Assembly (NCBI GenBank): GCA_963701965.1
Contig: OY969695.1
Coordinates: 704,001 to 768,000 of the forward strand
DNA from: an uncultured Gemmatimonadales bacterium
GTDB taxonomy: Bacteria > Gemmatimonadota > Gemmatimonadetes > Gemmatimonadales > Gemmatimonadaceae
Reading direction: 5' to 3'
DNA: 64,000 nt
Made by a program: the position numbers and the translations under genes. The notes under the pieces are model-generated. The model made no database searches and had not been told where the DNA came from. It worked only from the letters and a program-made list of their open reading frames with translations. Positions 53,025 through 63,392 of this stretch are shown here, one piece after another (position 1 is the first letter of the stretch; every line of letters starts with the position of its first letter).

Positions 53025-54070
53025 TAGCCGCGCTGTCGCGCGCGGACATCGGGGCAAGCACCGACTCGTGCGCGGCAGACACGGGGGATCGCTACCGCCG
53101 TCCGCCGGCCGGCTGGGGCGTCGGTGCCGGCGGCGCGCCTCTAGCGACGCATCACAGTGATTTCGTAACGCGCTGCGCGGTAACAGCTTATCTAATGATT
53201 GTCGGTATTTTCCCAGCTCACAAAATCGAGCCAGCCCGCTCCCCTACCGGCCGTCGAGCTCGGGATCATCGCCAATGAGGGGCTGTACGTCGTCGACGGC
53301 GTCCCCTAGTCCTCCTACGTCTAGGCGGAGCTCGCGCGTCACGCGCTGGCCACGCAGGCCGTCACCGAGGCTGCCTTACTCCGTCGCTATATCCGCTTAG
53401 AGCCACCTTGCGCGTGGTGCGGTGCGGATGTCCGGCCGACTCACGAGAGTCGCGAGATTGGCAGCCGGCTACTCCACGACATGCCGGAGCTACACTGCGC
53501 CACGGAGTTTGAGGCGAGCCTCGACGCGTACGCAGTGGGCTACGCCGCCGCTCACCCCGACGCCGGCGAGGTGGCGCGATGATCGCGCACACCAGCAGGC
53601 CCCATTGTTGGATGAGTCAGATCGTGATCGGTGATCTCTCCCTGTGGCATATTGTCTTGCCGAGTGGGACGCTCATTCACCCGATCACCTATGATCTCGG
53701 ACGCTCCAGGCCAGAGTAGCCGCAGACCCGAACGATCCGGCGATCCAAGGTCAGCCCGTCATTCTCGCCCGCTTCTGGCCCGAAGTGACGCGCGAGTTCA
53801 GGAACCGGGTACAGAAACGCCAATCAAAGCCCATTTGCCCATTCTGCACGCCGGGTTCAGCCAAGGCCGGAGAAGGGCGAAACCTGGCCCGAGGGGTGAG
53901 AAAACAATGACTCATGGGAGTGGAGAGCGTACACCGCTCTCCACCTCCGTATGGTCCCCGATCACGATATTCGGCGTCACTTTGAGCGCGGTCTGACGAG
54001 TTTCTTTCAAGCCTACCGCGACGTCGCTAGTTCGTGACATTTTGGAGAACTATCCAACAGGAAGCCACGA

Positions 54071-54316
54071 ATGGCTGAGCGAACAAGAAAGAGCGGAAAC
54101 GGCGAGCGTAAAGTCGACATCGCGAAGGTCTTCGCCGAAGGCACCGCCATCGATCGCGCCCTTCGCGCTGCCGTCGCAGAAGCGATCCTCGATCACAAGC
54201 GCACGGGCGATCCAATCGCCGAGTGGTCCTTCGAGGAGAGCCGCGTCATATGGACGCCGGCGGATAAGATCCCTGGTCCTCGCAAGAGGAAAAAGAAGGC
54301 TCGTGGTCGCTCGTGA
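54071..54316 (+). CDS. Small hypothetical protein of a type usually paired with a zeta-toxin-like ATPase
   Basis: IDRALRAAVAEAILDHKRTGDPIAEW...VIW.PA pattern; no intact partner ATPase is visible. Confidence 0.5.
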   Translation: MAERTRKSGNGERKVDIAKVFAEGTAIDRALRAAVAEAILDHKRTGDPIAEWSFEESRVIWTPADKIPGPRKRKKKARGRS

Positions 54317-54359
54317 CTCGAGGGCGCGGAGGGTTCGCGGCCTGTCCCGGAGTGTCCGC

Positions 54360-54609
54360 CAAGCGTCCCACACGCTGGCGTAGGTCTCGATCGCGATCTT
54401 TTTCTTCATGGTGGACCTCTCCTCACTTGACCGAACCGCTCTCCGTCATCCCTGACGACATCCCCATCGCCGAGAGCGCACGGGTTGCTGCTCAGTGGCT
54501 CAGGCTTCTCCGGGAGCACGGTTGTACGAAGATCGAGCTTCGCACCCCAATGACAAGCAACAGCTTCATCGAGAGCCGCGACCAGTTTTGAGAAAAGTTC
54601 AGCCTTCAT
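54360..54609 (-). pseudogene. Remnants of two XRE/HigA-like antitoxin N-termini
   Basis: MKAELFSKLVAALDEA...LRTTVLP and MKKKIAIETYASVWDA, each with an SD, both truncated. Confidence 0.4.
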
Positions 54610-54851
54610 TGCTCCGTCCTCATGTGACTCATTCACGCATCAATACCCGCAGTGCGCGTAGCGTCTGCGGGACCGCCCAAAGCACCACGCTGTAGCCGCT
54701 CCCACAGGTCGACCCCATCAACAGCGCGGCCGCGCATCGTCGGTGCGACTGGATGATACAACGGCGCAATGCGTGGATTCGCTCAGCGTCCGGCCCCCAC
54801 GACCAATGTCTTGTCTGCCAAAGGGAAAGCGGGGCGCCCCACCGGGTGACT

Positions 54852-55634
54852 CTACGCGGCATGCGATCCACCCTTCCGCGGCCGAGACTCCTGGCGCTCC
54901 AACACGTTAGACCACCCAGCTCGATCAAGGCACGCGTCAAGAATCCGCCGCGCCTCGATCACATGCTGCCGGACGGTGGACGGGACAATATCCAGAGCGG
55001 CCCCGATCTCCGCGTAGGTGAGGTGTGCGCCTCCAACCCCGGCATCCCACCACATGGCCAAGGCCTCCCGACGTCGCGGACTCATGATCTGAATGGCGCG
55101 CTCCAGGGCGACGTCAACATCTCCTCGCATCGCTCGCGCCTCGCCGCTGCTGAATACGGCGGCCGTCTGCTCGTTGAGCTCCGCCAGCCACTCCGGGTTG
55201 TCCACGTACGGCGTATCTCCGTGGCGTGCAGTCGCTCCAAGGCTAAAAGCCCACTCGTTTCGTCGCCGCCGAGTCCCCTGCTCTCGATCATCCAACGCAC
55301 GGTTTCTCACAACGCGAAAGAGGTAGGCCGCCACACTCGAGTTGATCACCAGCCTCTCGCGAATCCGCCACAGCTTTACGAACACCTGCTGCACGACGTC
55401 TGGGGCATCCTCCCCAACAATCGTCGCCGCGGTTCGGCACAGGATCGGCCAGTAGATCGTGTACAGCTCGGAAAACGCTCCCTCGTCGCCCTTCCGAATT
55501 CGCGCTACCAGCTCTGCATCGCGCTCGACGCGCGCCGATCGACAGCTGGCGATCCAGTCACTACCTACCCTCGTACCGCCGATATCTCCAGACCCCGGAC
55601 TCGCGTCACTCACGGCACCTCCTTGCCAAGTCAC
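54852..55634 (-). CDS. ECF-like sigma factor of the integrative element
   Basis: DAELVARIRKGDEGAFSELY, DVVQQVFVKLW, YLFRVVRNRALD, LTYAEIGAALDIVPSTVRQHV. Confidence 0.75.
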   Translation of the reverse strand: MTWQGGAVSDASPGSGDIGGTRVGSDWIASCRSARVERDAELVARIRKGDEGAFSELYTIYWPILCRTAATIVGEDAPDVVQQVFVKLWRIRERLVINSSVAAYLFRVVRNRALDDREQGTRRRRNEWAFSLGATARHGDTPYVDNPEWLAELNEQTAAVFSSGEARAMRGDVDVALERAIQIMSPRRREALAMWWDAGVGGAHLTYAEIGAALDIVPSTVRQHVIEARRILDACLDRAGWSNVLERQESRPRKGGSHAA

Positions 55635-55763
55635 ACCGCACCGGTCGCTGCACGACCGTGCGATACCTCCCTCTACTTATATAGACCGCCGTCGAGGCCA
55701 CGAGGATCAATTCTGATGCGCCAAGAGATGCCTGCGCCTCAGACCCGGTCGAATGGAGACTCT

Positions 55764-56066
55764 ATGCCCCATAGAGAGATGACACGCCTCAAGCCCCGAT
55801 CGTCGACACCCACCACCGAAGACGCCGCCAATCACCCCGGCGTTCGTACGGAAGCCGCCGGACCAACGTCGACAACCCGGCTATGGACCCAGGCCGAAGC
55901 CGCGGATTACCTCAACGTCAGCCAGAGATATCTGCGCGCGTCCGCGTGCCCCAAGATCCTACTGCCCGGTACCGGCAGACACGGTAAGCCGCTCGTGCGG
56001 TACAACCCCGTCAATGTTCGCACGTGGGCGGAACAGCGCCGTGCGACCCGGCGCTTCGGCGCCTGA
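55764..56066 (+). CDS. Excisionase-like HTH DNA-binding protein
   Basis: LWTQAEAADYLNVS...LVRY.P..VRTW; directly upstream of the integrase. Confidence 0.7.
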   Translation: MPHREMTRLKPRSSTPTTEDAANHPGVRTEAAGPTSTTRLWTQAEAADYLNVSQRYLRASACPKILLPGTGRHGKPLVRYNPVNVRTWAEQRRATRRFGA

Positions 56067-56105
56067 GATATCAATGACGCACGACTGACGACACGTTGCT
56101 AAATT

Positions 56106-57373
56106 GTGCGCCCCTCACCCAGCAGCGTGCCGTTCCGTCGACCCAATCGCCCCCATTGGTACGTCGAGATCCCGACCCCCGGCGGCACGGTTCGGAAGTC
56201 CACCGGTACGCTCGACCGCGCCACCGCACGTGCGATCGAGCGCGCCCTCCGCGAGCTCATCGACCGGCGGGAGTGGGATCTTCTCAACGCGATGGTGGAC
56301 GACCGACTGACTGTTGGCGAACTATTCGACGCCGTACGCTCGCGCCAGCTCGATGCCCTACGCGCTCGACTCGACGACGTTGATCTCGAGCCCCATGTCG
56401 CCACCTGGCTTGCGCTTCACGGTCCCAACGTCGCTCCCGACACTATCGATCACTACCGACACGTCGTCAGGAAACTCCTTCCAGAGGGCAAACCGTTCCC
56501 CCGGTCGCAATTCACCGTCGCCAGACTCGAGGACTGGCTAGCACACTACAAGGGGAGAGCCGGCACGCGACGGAAAGCTCACGCCGCTATGTCCCAGTTC
56601 GCGCGATATCTCGTCCGCCATCAAATCATCGCTTCCAACCCGCTCAGAGATATCTCGGCACCCCGACTGCCGCACCGAGATGCCGCTGGCTCGACGTCGC
56701 CAACATGATCCGCCTCGCCAATGCCCAACCCGAGCCCTATCGCACTCTATCGGCGCTCCTCGGCGGGACCGGCATCGAGATATCCGTGGCCCTCGCTCTA
56801 CACGCGCGCGACGTGGACACCGCCCGACGGGAGATCCGCGCCGCCGGCACCAAGACCCACGCCCGGGACCGCATCGTCCGCGTCGCCGAATGGGCCTGGC
56901 CGTACGTCGCGAAGCACATGGCGCTGCTCACACCGAATGCGCCGATCTTCCCTCACCGCGACCGCTGGAGAGCCCAGGATCACCACCAGGCCGCCTATAG
57001 GACACTCGGCATCGAAGACTATCGCATTCACGACCAGCGGCACTCGTACGCAGTCCGCGCCGCCCGCGCCGGCACACCGGCCGAACTCATCGCGCGCCAG
57101 CTCGGACACGCCAATGCCATCCTGGTGCTCAAGATCTACGGGCGGTTTATGCCCTCGCAGCAGGAGCGCGACAAGCGGGAAAGGATTGCCGCCTCGCAGG
57201 GACTGACTCGAGCCCCGCGACCAATGGAGAACAACCCGATCGAGACCGAAACTGACCTCGACGCACAGGCCGAGAAGGCCCTGGCGCAATTTTCTCTTTC
57301 TCGCGTAACGAGGCTGAGTCCCTTCCAGGAGCTGCTTGGGGCGAAAATGGGGACTGCGACTCGGCCTCCCTGA
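56106..57373 (+). CDS. Tyrosine recombinase/integrase (frameshift near 56662)
   Basis: Arm-binding RKSTGT.DR.TA, GTKT, HDQRHSYA, QLGH, IYG; ORFs 56106..56708 and 56705..57373 join by adding one C. Confidence 0.85.
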
Positions 57374-58329
57374 GCGCGAATTCACAAAGCCACAACAGAT
57401 CCGGTCAACCGTAGTTCGGTAAACAGTTGCGTTTGGTCCCGCCGCGAGCCAAGTTCCCGGCAACCGAGCCCAGCGGCGACCATGCTTTTACTTGAGCGGC
57501 TATCGTTTGAGATACAACTAAGGTCGGAGTTTTCGAAGCGGACTGGTGAGCAGTTCCAGGATCTATTCGCCGGTATCATGGCGCGCCGCTACCCCGGTGA
57601 CTACCAGCCGCAGGCTCCGTGGGGAAAAGACGGAGATCGAAAGAATGACGGGTACCTGAAGTCGGAACGGCAACTCTTCCAATGTTACGCACCGCGGGAA
57701 CTGGCCCAGCAACCCACCGTCACCAAGATCGCCGAGGACTTTGCCGGGGCCCTTCCGCACTGGGAGAAGTATTTCGGCACCTGGGTATTTGTTCACAACG
57801 TCATACCTGGAACTCCAGCCTTTGTGACCGAGGAGCTGCTCAGGTTGGAATCAGCACATAGGCCGCTTCGGCTTATACCGTGGGGCTACCACGAAGTCTC
57901 CGCGCGAGCGTTGGAGTTGCCGCGCACGGATCTGGTAGCGCTACTTGGCGCTCCGGTCAGTGAAGAGGGTCTCGCCTCTCTCTCTTTCCAAGACATCGCA
58001 GTCGTTGTAGACACCATCGCTTGCAAGGCCACGCCTCCGGACTCAGTGGTCCGACCCGTTCCCGCCAACAAGCTGTCCGCGAATCAGCTCTCAAATAGTG
58101 TCGAGTCGTTCTTGCGAGTCGGAATGAGGAAGGCAGACCTGGTTGGTCAGTTTTTCGCGAACTGGTACGACGTTACACTAGGCGACCGAACAGCGCGCGC
58201 TTTCAAGGAGCGCTATACGGTCGTTAAAGCCGCGGGCCACACTCCAGACGAAATCTTTTCGGATCTGTGGGTGTTTGCGGGGAACGCTCCCACCAATGCT
58301 CTGTACCCCGATTCGTGAGACAGTTTGGG

Positions 58330-59169
58330 CTAACCCATGAGACCCGCCGCGACGGCGACCGCCGCGCGGTACTGCTGTGGCGCCTGGAAGCCGAGTGCCG
58401 AGTGCGGCGCGACCGCGTTGTAGTCGGCGATCCAGGCCGGGATCTGCGCGAGGACCGCGGCCGCCGCACTCCGATCGGCCCCGCTCACGTAGTCCCGTTT
58501 GAGGGTGTTGACGAACGCTTCCGACATCCCGTTCGATTCCGGACTCGCCTTGGGCGTGGTGATCGGCTCCAAATGCAGGCGCTCGGCCGTGCAGATCGTG
58601 TCCAGCGCGGTGTAGATACTGCCGTTGTCACTCAACCACTGGATCGGCGCATCGGGCCGCGCGCCGACCCCGAAGCGCCCCGTGACCGCGCGGTGCATCA
58701 GCTGCTGGATATCGGACGCCACCAGATCGCGCGCCGCCGCCACGTACGCCAGCACCTCGCGATCGTGACAGTCCAACGCGAAGCCGATCTGCACGTATTC
58801 CCCGTTCCAACACGCGATCTCCAGCCCGTCAGAGCACCAGCGCTCGTTCGACACCGGTCGCTGGATCTGCCCCGTGTGCGCCCGCCCAGTGCGCCGCCGA
58901 CACCGCCGCGGGAGCGTCCACCCATTCACCGCCATGACCCGGCGGATCCGCTTCACGTTGTACGCGGTGCCGAACGCCCGGTTGACCAGGGCCCGCACGC
59001 GCCGCGACCCGTACGTCGCTCGCGTCCGGATGACATCACGGATCTGCGCCGTCACGACGCGGTCGTCGGCCCGGGCGTAGTGCGGACCGCGCACCCGCTC
59101 CGGGCGATAGGCGCTCGCCCGGCCCATCCCCAGCACGCGACAGATCGCGGCCACCCTCCGACCGGTCAT
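58330..59169 (-). CDS. IS3 transposase OrfB (DDE)
   Basis: YGSRR, WCSDG, LDCHDRE, SDNGSIY, SNGMSEAFV, HSALG. Confidence 0.93.
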   Translation of the reverse strand: MTGRRVAAICRVLGMGRASAYRPERVRGPHYARADDRVVTAQIRDVIRTRATYGSRRVRALVNRAFGTAYNVKRIRRVMAVNGWTLPRRCRRRTGRAHTGQIQRPVSNERWCSDGLEIACWNGEYVQIGFALDCHDREVLAYVAAARDLVASDIQQLMHRAVTGRFGVGARPDAPIQWLSDNGSIYTALDTICTAERLHLEPITTPKASPESNGMSEAFVNTLKRDYVSGADRSAAAAVLAQIPAWIADYNAVAPHSALGFQAPQQYRAAVAVAAGLMG

Positions 59170-59519
59170 CGCTTGGACACGCCGTAGTAGCTGGGCCTTT
59201 TTTTTATCTCCTCCCGCGCCGCGTGGAGAATCTCGATCTCCATGGTCTTCTTCCCCAGCGCGCGTTCCAGCTCCTTGATCCGCTGCTGCGCGGCCCGCAA
59301 CTCACTCGCCGGTACCACCTCCTCGTTCGCCGTCACCGCCGTCGTGCTCCCGCGATCGGCGAGCTGCTTCCAGCGCCGGATCACCGACTGTTCCACCGCC
59401 AACTCGCGGCTCAGCTCCGCGATGGTGACCTCCTCGCGCAGCACGCGGCTGACCTGCTCCCGCTTGAATGCGGCGGTGAAGATCCGCCGTCCGTCCGAAC
59501 CCCGCCGGTGTGTTTCCAT
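59166..59519 (-). CDS. IS3 transposase OrfA
   Basis: RRIFTAAFKRE...RIKELERALGKKTME.EIL; A8G -1 frameshift signal at 59197-59205. Confidence 0.9.
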   Translation of the reverse strand: METHRRGSDGRRIFTAAFKREQVSRVLREEVTIAELSRELAVEQSVIRRWKQLADRGSTTAVTANEEVVPASELRAAQQRIKELERALGKKTMEIEILHAAREEIKKRPSYYGVSKR

Positions 59520-59719
59520 TGGATCGATCTCCGTTGAGAAGCCAACCTACACTTCCCAAAGTGCCTCGTCCAATCGGGGTACAGAGCACCAAGACCACGG
59601 ACCAGTCTACAGCAATTCTCGCTGTTCTCGCCTACCTATTTGAGCAGTGCGAAATCTTCGAAGCCCCTGTCGCAGGCACCTTGAGCGCATCGTAGATCTC
59701 TTCAACATCTGAGCCTATC

Positions 59720-59995
59720 GTGATCCTGCCCACGAAACGCATCAGTGCCGACCGCGCCCTGCTCAGTCTCGGTGCTGAAGTTCTGCAGCTGCTGGAAAGT
59801 CATGATAAGACCGTTACCCAAGTTTGGACGGAATTTCAACGAGGTCGCCAGATGCGACAACGAGCAGCCATAGTCCCGTACGATTGGTTCGTGCTGGCGC
59901 TCGACCTCCTATTTGCGATCAATGCCATCGCGTGGGAGGAAGGTGCCTTGCGTCGCACTGGCGGGAAGGCGCCAAACCGGGGGTCCGCTAAGTGA
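59720..59995 (+). CDS. lmuC: ABC-three-component middle component (LmuC-like)
   Basis: MILPTK.I...ALL.LGA...YDWFVLALDLLFAI; between the effector and the ATPase. Confidence 0.8.
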   Translation: MILPTKRISADRALLSLGAEVLQLLESHDKTVTQVWTEFQRGRQMRQRAAIVPYDWFVLALDLLFAINAIAWEEGALRRTGGKAPNRGSAK

Positions 59996-61758
59996 TTCGG
60001 CAGATATACAGCAGCCTTGCAAGCTTCAGGACGATCACGTTCAAGCCAGGACTCAATATACTCCTCGCGAACGAGGGAGAGCTCGCCACTACGACTGACA
60101 CGCGAAACAGCGCTGGCAAAACCAGCCTGGTCGAAATCATTCACTTCTTGACTGGAAGCAACGTCGAACGCACATCGATCTTTCGACATCCAGCGCTAGT
60201 GCATCACCAATTTGGAATGCAATTCGATGTGGGCGACGCCACTCTGGATGTGAAGCGCGCTGGCGTGAAACCAAAAGAAGTACTGGTCTCATTGACCGAG
60301 GGGTCAAGCACATTCTGGACGACCAATCCCTTTAGCCGAGCATCGCAACTGTCACTGCGCAACAGCCAGTGGAGAGTCCTCCTCGGAGAGCTCATTTTCA
60401 ATCTCCGCTCAGTCAGCGACAGTCCGATCAAGAGATACCGCCCGACGTTTCGAGGTCTTCTTGGTTACTTTGTCCGCCGGGAATCAGCTAAGGCATTCAT
60501 AGATCCCGTTCGAAATGCTGAGAAGCAACCGCCTTGGGACCAACAGGTGATGGTCTCATACCTACTGGGTCTCGATTGGACTATTCCCCAGGAATGGCAG
60601 GCGATTCGGGATAGAGAAAAAGCACTTCAAGCACTCAAGAAAGCTGCAGCCGGCGAGTTCCATTCAGTCATAGGTACTACATCCCAGTTGCGAGCAGAGC
60701 TAACAACTAGCGAGGCGGGCGTTGAGCGCACGCGGGCGGATGTTGCACAGTATCGGGTGCTTCCTACCTACCGGGAGAACGAACAGCAGGCAGAACGCCT
60801 TACGGGGGCCCTGAACGAGCTGCGAAATCAGCAGCAGGTCGACCGTGCCCTTGCGAATGATCTCGACCGTGCTTTGTCCAACGAGGCTGCGCCGGCGGCC
60901 GTGGATGTTGAGCGCGTCTACCATGAGGCGGGAGCCACCTTACCAGGAGTCGCCCTCCAGAGATTCGAACAGGTGAGGCGTTTTCACGACTCTGTGATCG
61001 CTAATAGACGTAGCTATCTCCAGCGCGAGCTCGAAGAAGCTAAGGCCAGGGTGCGCGACAGAGATCTTCAGATGAGCCGTCTGGACGAACAGCGCGCGGA
61101 GATCCTTAGACTCCTTGGTTCTCACGGCGCGCTCGAGGAATTGACCAACATGCAAATTGACCTCGCTAGAAAAGAGGCCCACGCGTCGTCACTCCGCGAG
61201 CGTTTCGCAGCCGCCCAGCGTCTAGAGAATGGCAAGGCCGCTCTCGAGGTAGAGCGACGACAGTTAGTACTGAGACTTCAACAGGACTACGTTGAGCGCG
61301 AACCCGCCCTCCGGAGCGCGGTGGTCTCGGTCGCGAGTGCTGTTAAAGAACTCTACGCACAGCGCCCGGGCAGGTTTCTCATTGACGCTACAAACAACGG
61401 ACCTCGTTTCACTCTAAAAATAGAAGGCGATCGGAGCAAGGGCATTAGCAATATGGAGATCTTCAGCTTCGACATGATGCTCGACGAGGTGACCGCCGCG
61501 CGGGGAATCGGCCCAACGTTTCTGGTACATGATAGCCATATCTTCGACGGGGTGGACCAACGCCAGCGAGCGATGGCTCTGGCTGTTGGAAAGCGGGTCG
61601 CGGCCCGGACAGGTCGGCAGTACATCACGACCATGAATAGTGACGAATTCCCGAACGCCCTCGATCGTGCAGAAGGACTTGACCTCGCGGAGGATATCCT
61701 TCCTGTCCAACTCGATGACTCACCGGAAGGTGGCCTGTTCGGAATGCGCTTCGATTGA
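59992..61758 (+). CDS. lmuB: SMC-like ABC ATPase with DUF2326 (LmuB-like)
   Basis: FKPGLNILL, RNSAGKT (Walker A), coiled coil, SKG..NM.IFSFD, FLVHDSHIFDGVD.RQ, QYITTMNSD, GLFGMRF. Confidence 0.88.
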   Translation: MIRQIYSSLASFRTITFKPGLNILLANEGELATTTDTRNSAGKTSLVEIIHFLTGSNVERTSIFRHPALVHHQFGMQFDVGDATLDVKRAGVKPKEVLVSLTEGSSTFWTTNPFSRASQLSLRNSQWRVLLGELIFNLRSVSDSPIKRYRPTFRGLLGYFVRRESAKAFIDPVRNAEKQPPWDQQVMVSYLLGLDWTIPQEWQAIRDREKALQALKKAAAGEFHSVIGTTSQLRAELTTSEAGVERTRADVAQYRVLPTYRENEQQAERLTGALNELRNQQQVDRALANDLDRALSNEAAPAAVDVERVYHEAGATLPGVALQRFEQVRRFHDSVIANRRSYLQRELEEAKARVRDRDLQMSRLDEQRAEILRLLGSHGALEELTNMQIDLARKEAHASSLRERFAAAQRLENGKAALEVERRQLVLRLQQDYVEREPALRSAVVSVASAVKELYAQRPGRFLIDATNNGPRFTLKIEGDRSKGISNMEIFSFDMMLDEVTAARGIGPTFLVHDSHIFDGVDQRQRAMALAVGKRVAARTGRQYITTMNSDEFPNALDRAEGLDLAEDILPVQLDDSPEGGLFGMRFD

Positions 61759-61805
61759 CTTCCTTGTAGGTGATGCCCTTAGAACCCGAAGGGGTGTAGC
61801 GAGAT

Positions 61806-63110
61806 ATGGTTCGTATAACCCGAAGGCTTGCTCCCGGTGATGCGTCCATCACATCTGTGCTCGTGCAAGAGGGTTCAGAACCGCTCGTTCGTGGATCTGT
61901 TCCCTACGGCTGCGACTACCTATGCAATGGATGCGCTGAGGTAATGGCTGCTAATATCGCCGATGGGCAATTGTGGGATATAGGATTTGTCTGCTCAAAG
62001 TGTCGGACAGTAAGTGCGTCGCCGCTGTTGCTGATCAACGATCCCCTTCCAGATCCATACACACTACTCCCCTCGCGCCGGCACTCCATCAACCGGACGA
62101 TCGATCTTGGTACTGTGGGCATGATAGGAGTATCCGGACTATCCCGTATTCAGAAAGTCGACCTGTCCAAAAAGGTCTCATTCAAGCATGACCAGAAGGA
62201 TGTATCCGTCGTTGGTGACGAGGACTTTCTCGGCGCCGTGTTGTGCGGGGTTCGAACACTATTGGGCGATTCGTTCGAGAGACTGCGCGAGAAGGACGAC
62301 GCGCGGATAGCAGGTGGGGTGAGTGCTTCTAAGCGGCATCCGTTGATGGTAGCGTGGCAATCCTTACGCGAGTCAGTGGAAAGCTTAAGAACTCCCCTGC
62401 CTTCGGTAAATGCAACGGCAGCGGTGGAACTGTACACGCTTCTCAATTTGCTTGAAAAATGGGCGTACCATCCTGGCTATGCACGGCTTCTGCACTCGCT
62501 AACCCAGCATGTGGAGTATCTACATACCCTCGGTCTTCTCACCGTAGCTTGCCTTCTACAGGACGCGGGCAATTCGGTAGATTTTGTCGCGGAAGGAGTC
62601 TCGCGAACTCCAGACCTTCGCCTGCGTCGGGGATATGTGGATTGCCTGCGAGTTGAGGTCAAGGCACCGCTCGCGCTAGTCAGGCCTGAGGAACTGATCG
62701 CGGAAGATGAAGCCGAGCGCGCGGTAAGAAGTGCGTTACGTCGAGCCGGTACCGGCAAACGCGGGCAGCTCGCAAGCGCGGAACCTGCAGTCTTAGCAAT
62801 CGCCGGACTGCATATGCCGCCGGAGGCGGTCGATCGGCTTGAGGCCGCAGCAATCCGCTACCTTAAGGACGCCGCGGCACGCTCAAGGCATAAGCATCTC
62901 GAGGCAATCCAGATTGCTAACGCGGCAATTCTTGCCGACAATCTTGCGCCGGACCGCATTGAAGCTCGTTTCATGCTGCAGTCACGTGTGGTACGGCATC
63001 CCGGCTTCAAAGGACCTTCATCCCTTGTTGCCGAGTCGCGCGTGCGCCTGAATCAGAGCTTCGGCCCCTATGAAGGGATGGGCGATGGACCAATCGAGAT
63101 CGGTGGATAG
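61806..63110 (+). CDS. Hypothetical protein: N-terminal Zn ribbon plus PD-(D/E)xK nuclease-like domain
   Basis: CNGC...CSKC; RTPDL...VEVKAP; co-oriented, 47 bp after lmuB. Confidence 0.6.
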   Translation: MVRITRRLAPGDASITSVLVQEGSEPLVRGSVPYGCDYLCNGCAEVMAANIADGQLWDIGFVCSKCRTVSASPLLLINDPLPDPYTLLPSRRHSINRTIDLGTVGMIGVSGLSRIQKVDLSKKVSFKHDQKDVSVVGDEDFLGAVLCGVRTLLGDSFERLREKDDARIAGGVSASKRHPLMVAWQSLRESVESLRTPLPSVNATAAVELYTLLNLLEKWAYHPGYARLLHSLTQHVEYLHTLGLLTVACLLQDAGNSVDFVAEGVSRTPDLRLRRGYVDCLRVEVKAPLALVRPEELIAEDEAERAVRSALRRAGTGKRGQLASAEPAVLAIAGLHMPPEAVDRLEAAAIRYLKDAAARSRHKHLEAIQIANAAILADNLAPDRIEARFMLQSRVVRHPGFKGPSSLVAESRVRLNQSFGPYEGMGDGPIEIGG

Positions 63111-63357
63111 GCGAATCCGTACAACACAGCTCACCGGCCCAGCTTCCCAGTTTGATGGCCCAGATTATTGCGGTGCCGACGAACGAGTGGCAGTGGGAAA
63201 CTGATCGTGGATTGCTCCTCCCTAAGCGCGAAGACCTACCGTGATGGGGGCATGGCGGCATTAGTGCGCCTCTTTTCTTGAGGGCGGTCCTCAGTTCGGC
63301 GTCTTGTACCATCGCCTGTACCAACGAAAAGCCTCAAATCGCCGGAGAAACAGAAAA

Positions 63358-63383
63358 GCGCGCAAATCATTGGATTTGCGCGC
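63358..63383. terminator. Hairpin downstream of the tRNA remnant
   Basis: GCGCGCAAATC-ATTG-GATTTGCGCGC perfect inverted repeat. Confidence 0.55.
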
Positions 63384-63392
63384 CTTACAAAA

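Larger units (their letters stand above)
58297..59588 (-). mobile_element. IS3-family insertion sequence (1292 bp)
   Basis: 17-bp perfect terminal inverted repeats TGCTCTGTACCCCGATT / AATCGGGGTACAGAGCA; 4-bp target duplication CCAA (58293-58296, 59589-59592). Confidence 0.95.
57482..59695 (+). pseudogene. lmuA: Lamassu/ABC-three-component effector (restriction-endonuclease-like N-terminus plus CTD), interrupted by IS3
   Basis: FQDLF..IM...GDRKNDGY...FQCYAP; removing the IS and one CCAA restores a 305-aa ORF ending ILAVLAYLFEQCEIFE... Confidence 0.8.

Noticed and set aside
17800..57373. Frameshifts in susC, cusA, cusB, merT, arsO, arsM and the integrase as programmed recoding or true pseudogenes
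   Set aside because: Single-base indels, mostly in short homopolymers and some compensating, in otherwise intact genes; most simply sequencing or assembly errors. Read-level checking is needed.
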